Below the pieces are notes generated by a model. It saw only the letters and a program-made list of their open reading frames with translations, did no database searches and was not told where the DNA came from. 64,000 nucleotides of DNA from Thermodesulfobacteriota bacterium (GTDB lineage Bacteria > Desulfobacterota_D > UBA1144 > Nemesobacterales > Mycalebacteriaceae): the NCBI GenBank assembly GCA_965198945.1, contig CBDAQI010000012.1:42910-106909 (forward strand). Direction: 5' to 3'. Of this stretch, positions 20,150 through 28,275 are shown one piece after another. Each line of letters starts with the position of its first letter. The stretch's first letter is position 1. The translations under genes and the position numbers were made by a program.

Positions 20150-22140
20150 TTCCCGACAAGTTTCTTTGCAATGGAGAAAATATTTTTTTCTTCAAACCCG
20201 AACTCTTTCATAACTTCGCCGCCCGGCGCCGATTCCCCGAAACTGTCAATCCCGAGAGAAAAGGTTTTTTCTCCCGCACCGGTATACCGTTTCCACCCGA
20301 AAGTTGAAGCCGCTTCAACTGAAAGACGGGTTTTTACACTTGGCGGAAGCACGGAATCTTTGTATTTCCGCGGTTGGCGGTCAAAAATTTCCCAGCAGGG
20401 CATGCTGACAACCCTTGATTTTATTCCTTCCCCGGCAAGCATTTTATGGACTTCCATACAGGGTGCGACCTCCGAACCCGTGGCAATTATTATAATCTCC
20501 GGATTTTCTCCGCCGCCCGCAACAACATAACCGCCTCTGTGTGCCAGTGCTGAAACTGACAAATCAACATCCAGAACTGGAACGTTCTGACGTGTGAGCG
20601 CGAGCGCAGCGGGCTTGCGCGACTCAATAATTTCGGGCCACAGGGCTCTCAGTTCATTGCCGTCAGCGGGTCTTATGACATCAACTCCGGGGGTTGCCCT
20701 GAGAGCCGCGAAATGCTCAATCGGCTGGTGTGTGGGACCGTCTTCTCCGACTCCTATGCTGTCGTGCGAAAATACATACACGACCGGTTGCCGCATCAGA
20801 GCTGACAACCTGAGCGCGGGCTTGAGATAGTCCGAGAAAACAAAGTAGCACGAAGCATATGGCCTGAGACCGCTGAGCGCGAGGCCGTTGCAGAAAGCCG
20901 CCATTGAATGCTCGCGCACACCGAAACGGAAATTTCTGCCGCTCCGTTCTTTTGCGCTGAAATATCCGGCTGATTTTATGTTGGTTTTTGTTGAATCCGC
21001 TACGTCGGCCGAGCCTCCGACAAACCAGGGGATTTTTTCGCTTATCTCTTCAATGATTTTGCCATTGCATGTTCTTGTTGCGACGGAGGTGCCGGGCTCA
21101 AAAACCGGAAGTTCACCGGCCCATCCTTCCGGCAGTCTGTTCTCGCAAATTGAGCGGAACTCCGAAGCCGGAACGGGATACGTTTTTGCGTATTTTTCAA
21201 AAAGCGTTTTCCATTCCCGCTCAAGTCTTTCCCCTTTTTTCAGGACCGAGGCTCTGTATTCGGAAACTTCTTGAGGAATCTGGAAATCTTTTCCGGGATC
21301 AAGCCCGTAGAATTTTTTCGCCATTGCAGCCTCTTCTTTTCCCAGAGGAGCTCCATGCGCTTCGGGTGTGTTTTCCTTGCCGGGGCTTCCGAAACCTATC
21401 CTGCTTTTGATTGAGATAAGTGAAGGCAGGCTGCTTTTTGAAGCTTTGGTGAGAGATTTTTCCAGGGCCGCAAAGTCGTTAGCGTCTGAAACACGAAAAA
21501 TATCCCATCCGTAAGACGCAAACCTGTCCGTCACATTTTCCGAAAATGAAATTTCCGTTTCGCCGTCAATGGTTATGCCGTTGTCATCGTATATCCAGAC
21601 GAGGTTGTCAAGCTGCAGGTGTCCCGCAAGCGAAGCGGCCTCCGAAGTGATTCCCTCCATCATATCGCCGTCACTGAGAATGGAAAAAACGTTGTATCCG
21701 GCTATTTCAAAGCCAGGTTTATTGAAGCGGTTTGATAGCCATTTGCCCGCGGATGCCATCCCCACCGAAGTTGCCGCGCCCTGACCAAGCGGCCCCGTTG
21801 TCGTTTCAATGCCGGGTATGAGACCGTATTCGGGATGCCCCGCGCATTTTCCTCCAAGACGCCTGAATTTTTTAATGTCCGTGACAGAGACTTCGTAGCC
21901 CGATATGTGGAGGATTGAATACAGAAGCATTGAGGCGTGCCCGGCGGACAGCACAAAACGGTCACGCGCCGGCCAGAGGGGATTTGAGGGATTGTGCCTT
22001 ATGAATCCGTCCCAAAGTTTGAAGGCGATGGGAGCAAGCGCCATCGGTGTGCCGGGGTGGCCCGACCGGGCTTTTTCAACAGCGTCAATTGAAAGACCTC
22101 TGGCACAATTGACGATTTTCATTGTTTCAGCTGTTTTCAT
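20146..22140 (-). CDS. tkt: Transketolase
   Basis: MKTAETMKIVNCARGLSIDAVEKARSGHPGTPMALAPIAF thiamine-diphosphate N-terminus. The protein is 664 aa. Confidence 0.95.
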   Translation of the reverse strand: MKTAETMKIVNCARGLSIDAVEKARSGHPGTPMALAPIAFKLWDGFIRHNPSNPLWPARDRFVLSAGHASMLLYSILHISGYEVSVTDIKKFRRLGGKCAGHPEYGLIPGIETTTGPLGQGAATSVGMASAGKWLSNRFNKPGFEIAGYNVFSILSDGDMMEGITSEAASLAGHLQLDNLVWIYDDNGITIDGETEISFSENVTDRFASYGWDIFRVSDANDFAALEKSLTKASKSSLPSLISIKSRIGFGSPGKENTPEAHGAPLGKEEAAMAKKFYGLDPGKDFQIPQEVSEYRASVLKKGERLEREWKTLFEKYAKTYPVPASEFRSICENRLPEGWAGELPVFEPGTSVATRTCNGKIIEEISEKIPWFVGGSADVADSTKTNIKSAGYFSAKERSGRNFRFGVREHSMAAFCNGLALSGLRPYASCYFVFSDYLKPALRLSALMRQPVVYVFSHDSIGVGEDGPTHQPIEHFAALRATPGVDVIRPADGNELRALWPEIIESRKPAALALTRQNVPVLDVDLSVSALAHRGGYVVAGGGENPEIIIIATGSEVAPCMEVHKMLAGEGIKSRVVSMPCWEIFDRQPRKYKDSVLPPSVKTRLSVEAASTFGWKRYTGAGEKTFSLGIDSFGESAPGGEVMKEFGFEEKNIFSIAKKLVGK

Positions 22141-22306
22141 TCATAAGTGTCCGGAGCTCAAATTGGGCAAATCATATATCAAATATCTACTCGTGAACAG
22201 ACAAGAATTTTTCTTGTTTTTTAAGATTCCTATGCTAACATAAGACGATTATAAAATACGAATTACTAACTCTTGCCGAACTAAGTCATAATACAGGGAG
22301 AGAGGG

Positions 22307-23764
22307 ATGAGCGCTGAAATGAAAAATTTGCCAAACTCATTTGACAGAGAATATTCTTTTAACTGGCCGATTTTTCCGAAAGACGAGACTGAAAGTGAGC
22401 TCAGGATAACTGAAGTCGCAATGAGGGAAGGAGCGGACGGGTTTCCCGAATCCGAATCCTCGGTTCTTTCAACCACGGAAAATGAAATAGTAGGCAGAAT
22501 AAGAAGATTCTACGTTTCGGTTCTTGAGATTCTCTCAAACAAATTTATTCAGCTTGGTGAGGAAACTGCAAATATAAAAATCTTTCTGGAAAGGTTTGAT
22601 TTGACACAAATTCCGGTCCAGCTTAAGGGGAAAATTGAAAGAGAAGTAATCGATGCGAATGTGACTATTAGCGGCCTTGCCTCCCAGGCCAGGATTGCCA
22701 GGGAGAATCTGGAGATTTTCAAACGCGAAAACGGTCTGGAGAGAGAGCCGATTTATTCGGATTCGTGGAGGCATATCTGGGGGCCTTTCGTCATTGTTTT
22801 CCTGTTTGTTTTTGAGGTCATATTGAACGGGGCCCTTGTCAGCGGAGTGGTTGACGGCCTCATTGGCGGAGTCGCAATTTCCATCACGGTTGCGACCATC
22901 AATGTTGTTCTTTCAGTTCTTGTCGGGAAAAATCTTTTCCCGCAGTTAAACAAAGTTCAAACCCTGGCGCGGAAATTGGGAGTGACATTAGTTTGCTTTC
23001 TATACGGGCTTTCCATCATTTACCTGAACCTTGTTTTCGGGGTGTTCAGGAGTAGCGTTCTTGAGTTGAGAAACGTAAGGTCGTGGGAGGATGCGGGAAC
23101 CGCACAAACTGTGGTGAGCGCTTTGAAACCGTGGGAAGGTCTGCCCACATTGACGGATATTCCGTCACTTTTTGTGATTGGCGTGGGGATAACCTTTGCC
23201 ATTATAGCGGCGCTTGACGGATACAGACTGGACGACCCGTACCCCGGATTCGGAGATGTTCACAGAAAGTTCACCGAAGCGGTAAAACCGTTTGAAGAGG
23301 CAAAGAAACAACTGACCGATAAAGTCCTTAAAATTATTGACGAATCCTCCGTTTTGATGGAAAACAGAATAACGGAGTTTGAATCAAAACTGGCGCGCTG
23401 GGGAACCATAGAGAACATGGCAAGGCAGCAGTTTTCAAGTTATGTGGTTTGGATAAGCCAACTGGAGCTGGATGCGAATAAATTTCTTAACGATTACAGG
23501 GCCGCAAACATCAAAGGCAGACACTCGGTCTACAGCACAAAAAAGTCTCCGGATTATTTTGAAATGAAATGGACTTTCTCTGAGCAGGAAAAAGATCCTT
23601 CAAAAACTTTCTCTCATTTGACATATCTGCTCAATAACGGCACTGAAGCTTTTGAAAATAAAATCATTCAGACACAGCAGGAAATGATTTCCATCCGAGA
23701 TGAGAGTTTTGAGAATCTGCGCAGATTCTTGCAGGCGGCTGATGAAAAATTTGAGAAAAGTTAA
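22307..23764 (+). CDS. Hypothetical membrane protein. A roughly 170-aa cytoplasmic N-terminal domain, four predicted TM helices and a C-terminal coiled-coil-rich domain.
   Basis: Strong SD (GGGAGAGAGGG) before the ATG. Hydrophobic stretches at residues around 165-190, 195-220, 240-265 and 290-310. GC is clearly lower than the flanking genes. I recognise no family. Confidence 0.6.
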   Translation: MSAEMKNLPNSFDREYSFNWPIFPKDETESELRITEVAMREGADGFPESESSVLSTTENEIVGRIRRFYVSVLEILSNKFIQLGEETANIKIFLERFDLTQIPVQLKGKIEREVIDANVTISGLASQARIARENLEIFKRENGLEREPIYSDSWRHIWGPFVIVFLFVFEVILNGALVSGVVDGLIGGVAISITVATINVVLSVLVGKNLFPQLNKVQTLARKLGVTLVCFLYGLSIIYLNLVFGVFRSSVLELRNVRSWEDAGTAQTVVSALKPWEGLPTLTDIPSLFVIGVGITFAIIAALDGYRLDDPYPGFGDVHRKFTEAVKPFEEAKKQLTDKVLKIIDESSVLMENRITEFESKLARWGTIENMARQQFSSYVVWISQLELDANKFLNDYRAANIKGRHSVYSTKKSPDYFEMKWTFSEQEKDPSKTFSHLTYLLNNGTEAFENKIIQTQQEMISIRDESFENLRRFLQAADEKFEKS

Positions 23765-23785
23765 CATGCTGTCCAAGGGGACGGA

Positions 23786-24721
23786 ATGAAAAAGATATTA
23801 ATATTTTCTTTCATATTTCTATGCGCTTTGTCGCTTTCTGCGGGAGTTGCCACGGCTGAAGAACTGCCCGTATTGCCTGCGAGTGAAAGAGATCCCAGAA
23901 CCTTTTGTCCATATGAGCCCGGGTTTTCAGATGAGCATTTGCTGATTTTTGTTGATGTGACGGACGGGATATCGGAGCAGCAGTTGAGCCTGCTTAAAAA
24001 TGATGTTCTTACAGACAAGCTTCTGGAAAATGTCGGTCTTTACGGAAAGGTGTCTCTTATGGTTATGGATGGCAATGAGCCTGTCACGAGCCTTGAGCCT
24101 CAACTTACAGTCTGCCGCCCCAAAAGCGGCAAAAAAACTTCCGCTGACGCAAGAGACCATTTTGATATTTTGACCGAAAACCGTCAGAGGCTTGAGCTTG
24201 AGTATCAGATTGGCTACCTGCGCAGGTTCAGAGAGAATTCTATTAAAATAATCAAAGAGAAGGCTGAAAAAACACACAGTAAAAGCGGATCAACTCCTCT
24301 TATGGAAGCCATTCATGAAATAGCTCGTTCTTCAGCAATAGGTTTTGGTGAAGATTACGACAAGAAAAAACTCATTATAGTTTCAAATATGTATCACAAT
24401 TCCGTGAGTCTTCCTCTGGATAAAATTTGCGTGAAAAGAATCTACAGGCAAAGTTTTTCGTTTTACCGCTACAGAAGCGTCTGGAAGTGTCCTTCCTTCA
24501 AAGATATTAGAAAAAAGGGAGCGAACAAGTTTTATCTGGAGACAAAAATAAGACCCAAGTTCAAAGGTGAGACTGATATCAAGCTTTGGATTCTTCACAG
24601 GCAGCAGGAGGCCGGCGGCATTAAGGATTCCTCGCTTCTCACTTTCTGGCAGGATTATTTTGATCATGTTCTGGGAGATGTAACTCTTCTTGAACCCGAA
24701 TTTGAATCCGACCCGTCTTAA
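23786..24721 (+). CDS. Hypothetical secreted protein (signal peptide MKKILIFSFIFLCALSLSAGVATA)
   Basis: SD AAGGGGA 6 nt upstream and a typical Sec signal peptide. It has the same low-GC composition as the upstream gene and is probably co-transcribed with it. Confidence 0.6.
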   Translation: MKKILIFSFIFLCALSLSAGVATAEELPVLPASERDPRTFCPYEPGFSDEHLLIFVDVTDGISEQQLSLLKNDVLTDKLLENVGLYGKVSLMVMDGNEPVTSLEPQLTVCRPKSGKKTSADARDHFDILTENRQRLELEYQIGYLRRFRENSIKIIKEKAEKTHSKSGSTPLMEAIHEIARSSAIGFGEDYDKKKLIIVSNMYHNSVSLPLDKICVKRIYRQSFSFYRYRSVWKCPSFKDIRKKGANKFYLETKIRPKFKGETDIKLWILHRQQEAGGIKDSSLLTFWQDYFDHVLGDVTLLEPEFESDPS

Positions 24722-24737
24722 TATCCGGCTTTTTACC

Positions 24738-25457
24738 TTGTCACAAAAAATTAAAGCCGCATTGGTTACCGGTGCCGCCAAAAGAATCGGTGCGGGTGTT
24801 TGCGTTCATCTTGCCGGGATGGGGTATGATATTGCACTGCACTACCGGGATTCGTTGGAAGAAGCCCGGAAAACCGCCATGCTTGTGAAAGAGAAGGGAG
24901 TTCGTTGTGAATTGTTTCGCGCTGATATTTCCAAGCCTGCGAACGCCCGGAAGCTTGTGGAGAGAGCAAGCCGTAAATTTGGCGGTCTTTCCGTTCTTAT
25001 AAACAACGCTTCGGTGTTTAAGGAATCCAAGTTCGGTGAAATAACCGAACCGATGCTTGAGGATGAAATGGCGATAAACTTCAAAGCGCCCTTCTTTGCG
25101 TCTCAAGAGTTTGCCCGGCAAAACCTCAGCGGTCTTATTGTGAACATGATTGATTCGCGTTTGATGAAAAACCACACTACGCATTTTGTCTACAACATCA
25201 GCAAGAAGTGTCTTTATAGTTTCACTCTTGCCGCGGCAAAAGATCTTGGTCCCCGGATAAGGGTTAACGCCATTTGTCCGGGCCCGATTCTTCCCGCTGC
25301 TGATGCCGAGGAGAAAACTTTTAGAAAAATTGCCCGCCAAACCCCTTTGGGAAAAATCGGAGATGTGGCCTATATCAATATGGCCGTTGAGTATCTTGTG
25401 AAAAACTCATTTGTTACCGGTGAAACGCTTTTTGTTGACGGAGGGCAGCATCTTTGA
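24738..25457 (+). CDS. folM: SDR-family pteridine reductase / FolM-like alternative dihydrofolate reductase
   Basis: TGAAKRIG fits the TGX3RXG motif characteristic of the FolM/PTR1 subfamily. The gene lies immediately upstream of folB. The start is ambiguous (ATG 24690 overlaps the previous gene; in-frame TTG at 24738). Confidence 0.7.
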   Translation: MSQKIKAALVTGAAKRIGAGVCVHLAGMGYDIALHYRDSLEEARKTAMLVKEKGVRCELFRADISKPANARKLVERASRKFGGLSVLINNASVFKESKFGEITEPMLEDEMAINFKAPFFASQEFARQNLSGLIVNMIDSRLMKNHTTHFVYNISKKCLYSFTLAAAKDLGPRIRVNAICPGPILPAADAEEKTFRKIARQTPLGKIGDVAYINMAVEYLVKNSFVTGETLFVDGGQHL

Positions 25458-25807
25458 CGGTAATTAAAATAGAAAACCTCAGGCTCAGAACCATTATAGG
25501 AGTTTTTGAGTGGGAGAAAAAAAAACCTCAGGAGTTGGTTATAAACGTGGAAGTGGAGATTGACTGCCCCGACCCCGAAGCTATCGGCGATGATATTTCC
25601 GGCACACTGGACTACAAGGGGCTTAACAAAAAAATCATCAATTTTATTGAGGGCGGAAAATTTTCCCTTCTGGAAACGGTTGCCGGGGAGATAGCAAAAA
25701 TGGCCCTGGCAGAAAAAAAAGCGCTGAAAGCAACCGTAAGGGTCAATAAACCCGCGGCTCTCAGATTTGCTGACTCGGTCTCCGTTACATACACGGCCGG
25801 AAAATAA
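25454..25807 (+). CDS. folB: Dihydroneopterin aldolase
   Basis: 117 aa. IKIENLRLRTIIGVFEWEK... matches the FolB N-terminal pattern. TTG start overlapping the folM stop. Confidence 0.85.
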   Translation: MTVIKIENLRLRTIIGVFEWEKKKPQELVINVEVEIDCPDPEAIGDDISGTLDYKGLNKKIINFIEGGKFSLLETVAGEIAKMALAEKKALKATVRVNKPAALRFADSVSVTYTAGK

Positions 25808-25828
25808 TACGGAAATAGGCGCACGGGT

Positions 25829-27622
25829 TTGAAACAGTCAAAGAACTATAAGGCAAAAGGCGTAAGATGGGATTTGTCAGACCTTTTCAGAGGTGTGGAC
25901 GACCCGGAAATCGCCAAGTCTCTAAGCGGCTGCATTCGCCGGGCCCGTAATTTTGAGAAAAAGTATAAAAACAAGGTTTCGGGCGCAAAACTCTCCGCAA
26001 AAGAGTTTCTTGTCATGCTCGGAAAACTTGAATCAATAAGCGAATCTCTTGCAAAAATTTCCTCATATGCCCAGCTTCTGCACGCTTCAAACACTGACGA
26101 CCCGAAGGCGGGAGCGCTTCTGCAGTATTTGAGTGAACGGCGCGCGGAGATAAACGGGCATCTGCTTTTTTTTGATATTGAGTGGGTAAATACTCCCGAA
26201 AAAAAGGCGCAAACCCTTCTGAAAAACAAAACGCTTGCTCCGTATCAGCATTTTTTGGAAACAAAATTTTCCTACAAACCCCATACGCTCACCGAGAAGG
26301 AAGAGAAAGTTGTTATGGAGAAGTCCGTCACCGGAGCGGGCGCGTTCAAGAGGCTTTTTGACGAACTTATGGCGGATATGCGTTTTGAGGTTGATATGAG
26401 AGGCAAAAAACGCAGGCTCAACGAAACCGAGGTGCTTTCACTGCTTTACAGCGCCGACGGAAAAACAAGAAAGAATGCCGCCAAAGCCCTCACGGAAGGG
26501 TTGCGTGACAGTTCAAAGGTTCTCACTTTTATCTTTAACACACTCGCCGCCGACCATTACCTGAATGACAGAATGAGGGATTACAAAAACCCGATATCTT
26601 CAAGAAATCTTCACAACGAAGTTGATGACGAGCTTGTTGAGAGGCTGCTTGAGGCGTGCGAGGCTCACTATGGGATTGTGAGACGCTATTACAAATTCAA
26701 GAAAAAACTGCTGGGTCTGAAGACCTTCGCCGATTATGACAGATATGCCCCGGTCTCGGCGCTGCAAAAGAAAATCAGTTTTGACGAGGCGAAAGAAACC
26801 GTTCTCGGTTCCCTGAAAAAATTCTCATCCGAGATGGAAGAAACCGCACGGCTTTTTTTCGTTAAAAACTGGATAGAAGCCGAGTGCCGGAACGGAAAAT
26901 ACGGCGGAGCTTTCAGCCACTCCACGGTCCCTTCCGCACATCCGTATATTTTGATGAACTATCAGGGCTCTCCGCGTGATGTTATGACGCTTGCCCACGA
27001 GCTCGGGCACGGCATTCACCAGTTTCTTTCAAGAAAAAACGGGTATTTCCAGAGCGACGCTCCCATCACGACTTCCGAAACCGCAAGCGTTTTTTCAGAG
27101 ATGCTTGTTTTTCAAGAGATAAAAAACCGCTCCGGCAGAAAAGACAGGCTGGCTCTTCTTTGCGGAAAACTTGAAGAATCTTTTGCAACCGTTTTCCGCC
27201 AGACCGTGATGACAAGATTTGAGCAGTCTTTTCATGAAGCAAGACGTTCTGAGGGCGAACTCACCGCGGCGCGCATTGGTGAGTTATGGACGAAGGCGAA
27301 CCGCGCCATGTTCGGAAATTCGGTAAGTTTGACCGCTGACTACGGGCTCTGGTGGATGTATATACCCCACTTTATACATTCTCCTTTCTACTGTTACTCA
27401 TATTCTTTCGGGCAGATTCTGGTTTTCTCACTCTATGAAGAGTATATGCGCCGCGGAAGTGAATTTGTGTCGGGATATGTTGAACTGCTTTCTTCGGGGG
27501 GGAGCGGCAAACCTCAGGAGTTAATTAAAAAGACCGGTGTTGACATATCGGAGCCGGAGTTCTGGAGCCTGGGCTTCGGTCTGCTTGAAGACTGGCTTGA
27601 GGAAGCGGTTTCACTTGCTTGA
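25829..27622 (+). CDS. pepF: Oligoendopeptidase F (M3B family)
   Basis: HELGHGIHQF HEXXH zinc motif. The protein is 597 aa and the N-terminus VRWDLSDLF is PepF-like. Confidence 0.9.
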   Translation: MKQSKNYKAKGVRWDLSDLFRGVDDPEIAKSLSGCIRRARNFEKKYKNKVSGAKLSAKEFLVMLGKLESISESLAKISSYAQLLHASNTDDPKAGALLQYLSERRAEINGHLLFFDIEWVNTPEKKAQTLLKNKTLAPYQHFLETKFSYKPHTLTEKEEKVVMEKSVTGAGAFKRLFDELMADMRFEVDMRGKKRRLNETEVLSLLYSADGKTRKNAAKALTEGLRDSSKVLTFIFNTLAADHYLNDRMRDYKNPISSRNLHNEVDDELVERLLEACEAHYGIVRRYYKFKKKLLGLKTFADYDRYAPVSALQKKISFDEAKETVLGSLKKFSSEMEETARLFFVKNWIEAECRNGKYGGAFSHSTVPSAHPYILMNYQGSPRDVMTLAHELGHGIHQFLSRKNGYFQSDAPITTSETASVFSEMLVFQEIKNRSGRKDRLALLCGKLEESFATVFRQTVMTRFEQSFHEARRSEGELTAARIGELWTKANRAMFGNSVSLTADYGLWWMYIPHFIHSPFYCYSYSFGQILVFSLYEEYMRRGSEFVSGYVELLSSGGSGKPQELIKKTGVDISEPEFWSLGFGLLEDWLEEAVSLA

Positions 27623-27705
27623 AATGAACTGCTTTGCATTGAAACGGCGGGTCTCTGTGTTACTTTAATGAAGTTTTTGAGCGTCTTTGGTCTTTTGGGG
27701 TGTCA

Positions 27706-27834
27706 ATGGGATATTTTATAGCCTCGTGTGTTGTTACATGGCTGGCGCTTGGCTTCTATGTTCTTGTTCTTTTTTCAAAAAGCCGCCGCCTGCGTGAAAG
27801 TATTAACGAAGACGGAAATCCGACGAGGGACTGA
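27706..27834 (+). CDS. ccmD: Candidate heme exporter protein CcmD (42 aa, single TM). Not present in the supplied ORF track.
   Basis: MGYFIASCVVTWLALGFYVLVLFSKSRRLRESINEDGNPTRD has a W/Y-containing TM followed by a basic stretch like CcmD. It sits 10 nt upstream of ccmE. Confidence 0.45.
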   Translation: MGYFIASCVVTWLALGFYVLVLFSKSRRLRESINEDGNPTRD

Positions 27835-27843
27835 AATTTCGGA

Positions 27844-28275
27844 TTGAGATTTGTCACAATGTTTTCTCCCGGTTTTAAGATTGCAGTTCCGGTGTTTGTG
27901 ATTCTGCTTTCCGTCACTTATCTGGTTTATGACGGAGTCAGCGACACTATGGTTTATTACTTGACGGTTTCCGAACTCAAAGAAACCGCCTCTCCGGGTA
28001 AAAGATACAGGGTATCCGGGTCAGTCGCCGAAGGCAGTATTGTTAAGAAGCCGGGCGGCGAACTGACTTTTTCAATAAATGACAATGAAAATGACAGTCT
28101 TTCTGTTTCATACAGAGGGACGGTTCCCGACACTTTCAGAGAAGGTGTTGAAGCCGTTGTCGAAGGGGTTTACCGGAATGCGGAAAATTTTAATGCGGAT
28201 CTTCTTCTGGCAAAGTGTCCGACCAAATATGAGTCTGCGGCCGAAATTTATCCGGAGAGCGGCAAATCCAGATGA
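27844..28275 (+). CDS. ccmE: Cytochrome c-type biogenesis heme chaperone CcmE
   Basis: N-terminal TM anchor, then YYLTVSELKE...YRVSGSV...GGELTFSIND...FREGVEAVVEGVY. This is the CcmE OB-fold pattern with C-terminal heme-binding His and Tyr residues. Confidence 0.9.
   Translation: MRFVTMFSPGFKIAVPVFVILLSVTYLVYDGVSDTMVYYLTVSELKETASPGKRYRVSGSVAEGSIVKKPGGELTFSINDNENDSLSVSYRGTVPDTFREGVEAVVEGVYRNAENFNADLLLAKCPTKYESAAEIYPESGKSR

Noticed and set aside
19353-20213. 286-aa ORF on the + strand
   Set aside because: Antisense to pgi and tkt, with an Arg/Ser/Pro-rich composition typical of the reverse frame of GC-biased genes.
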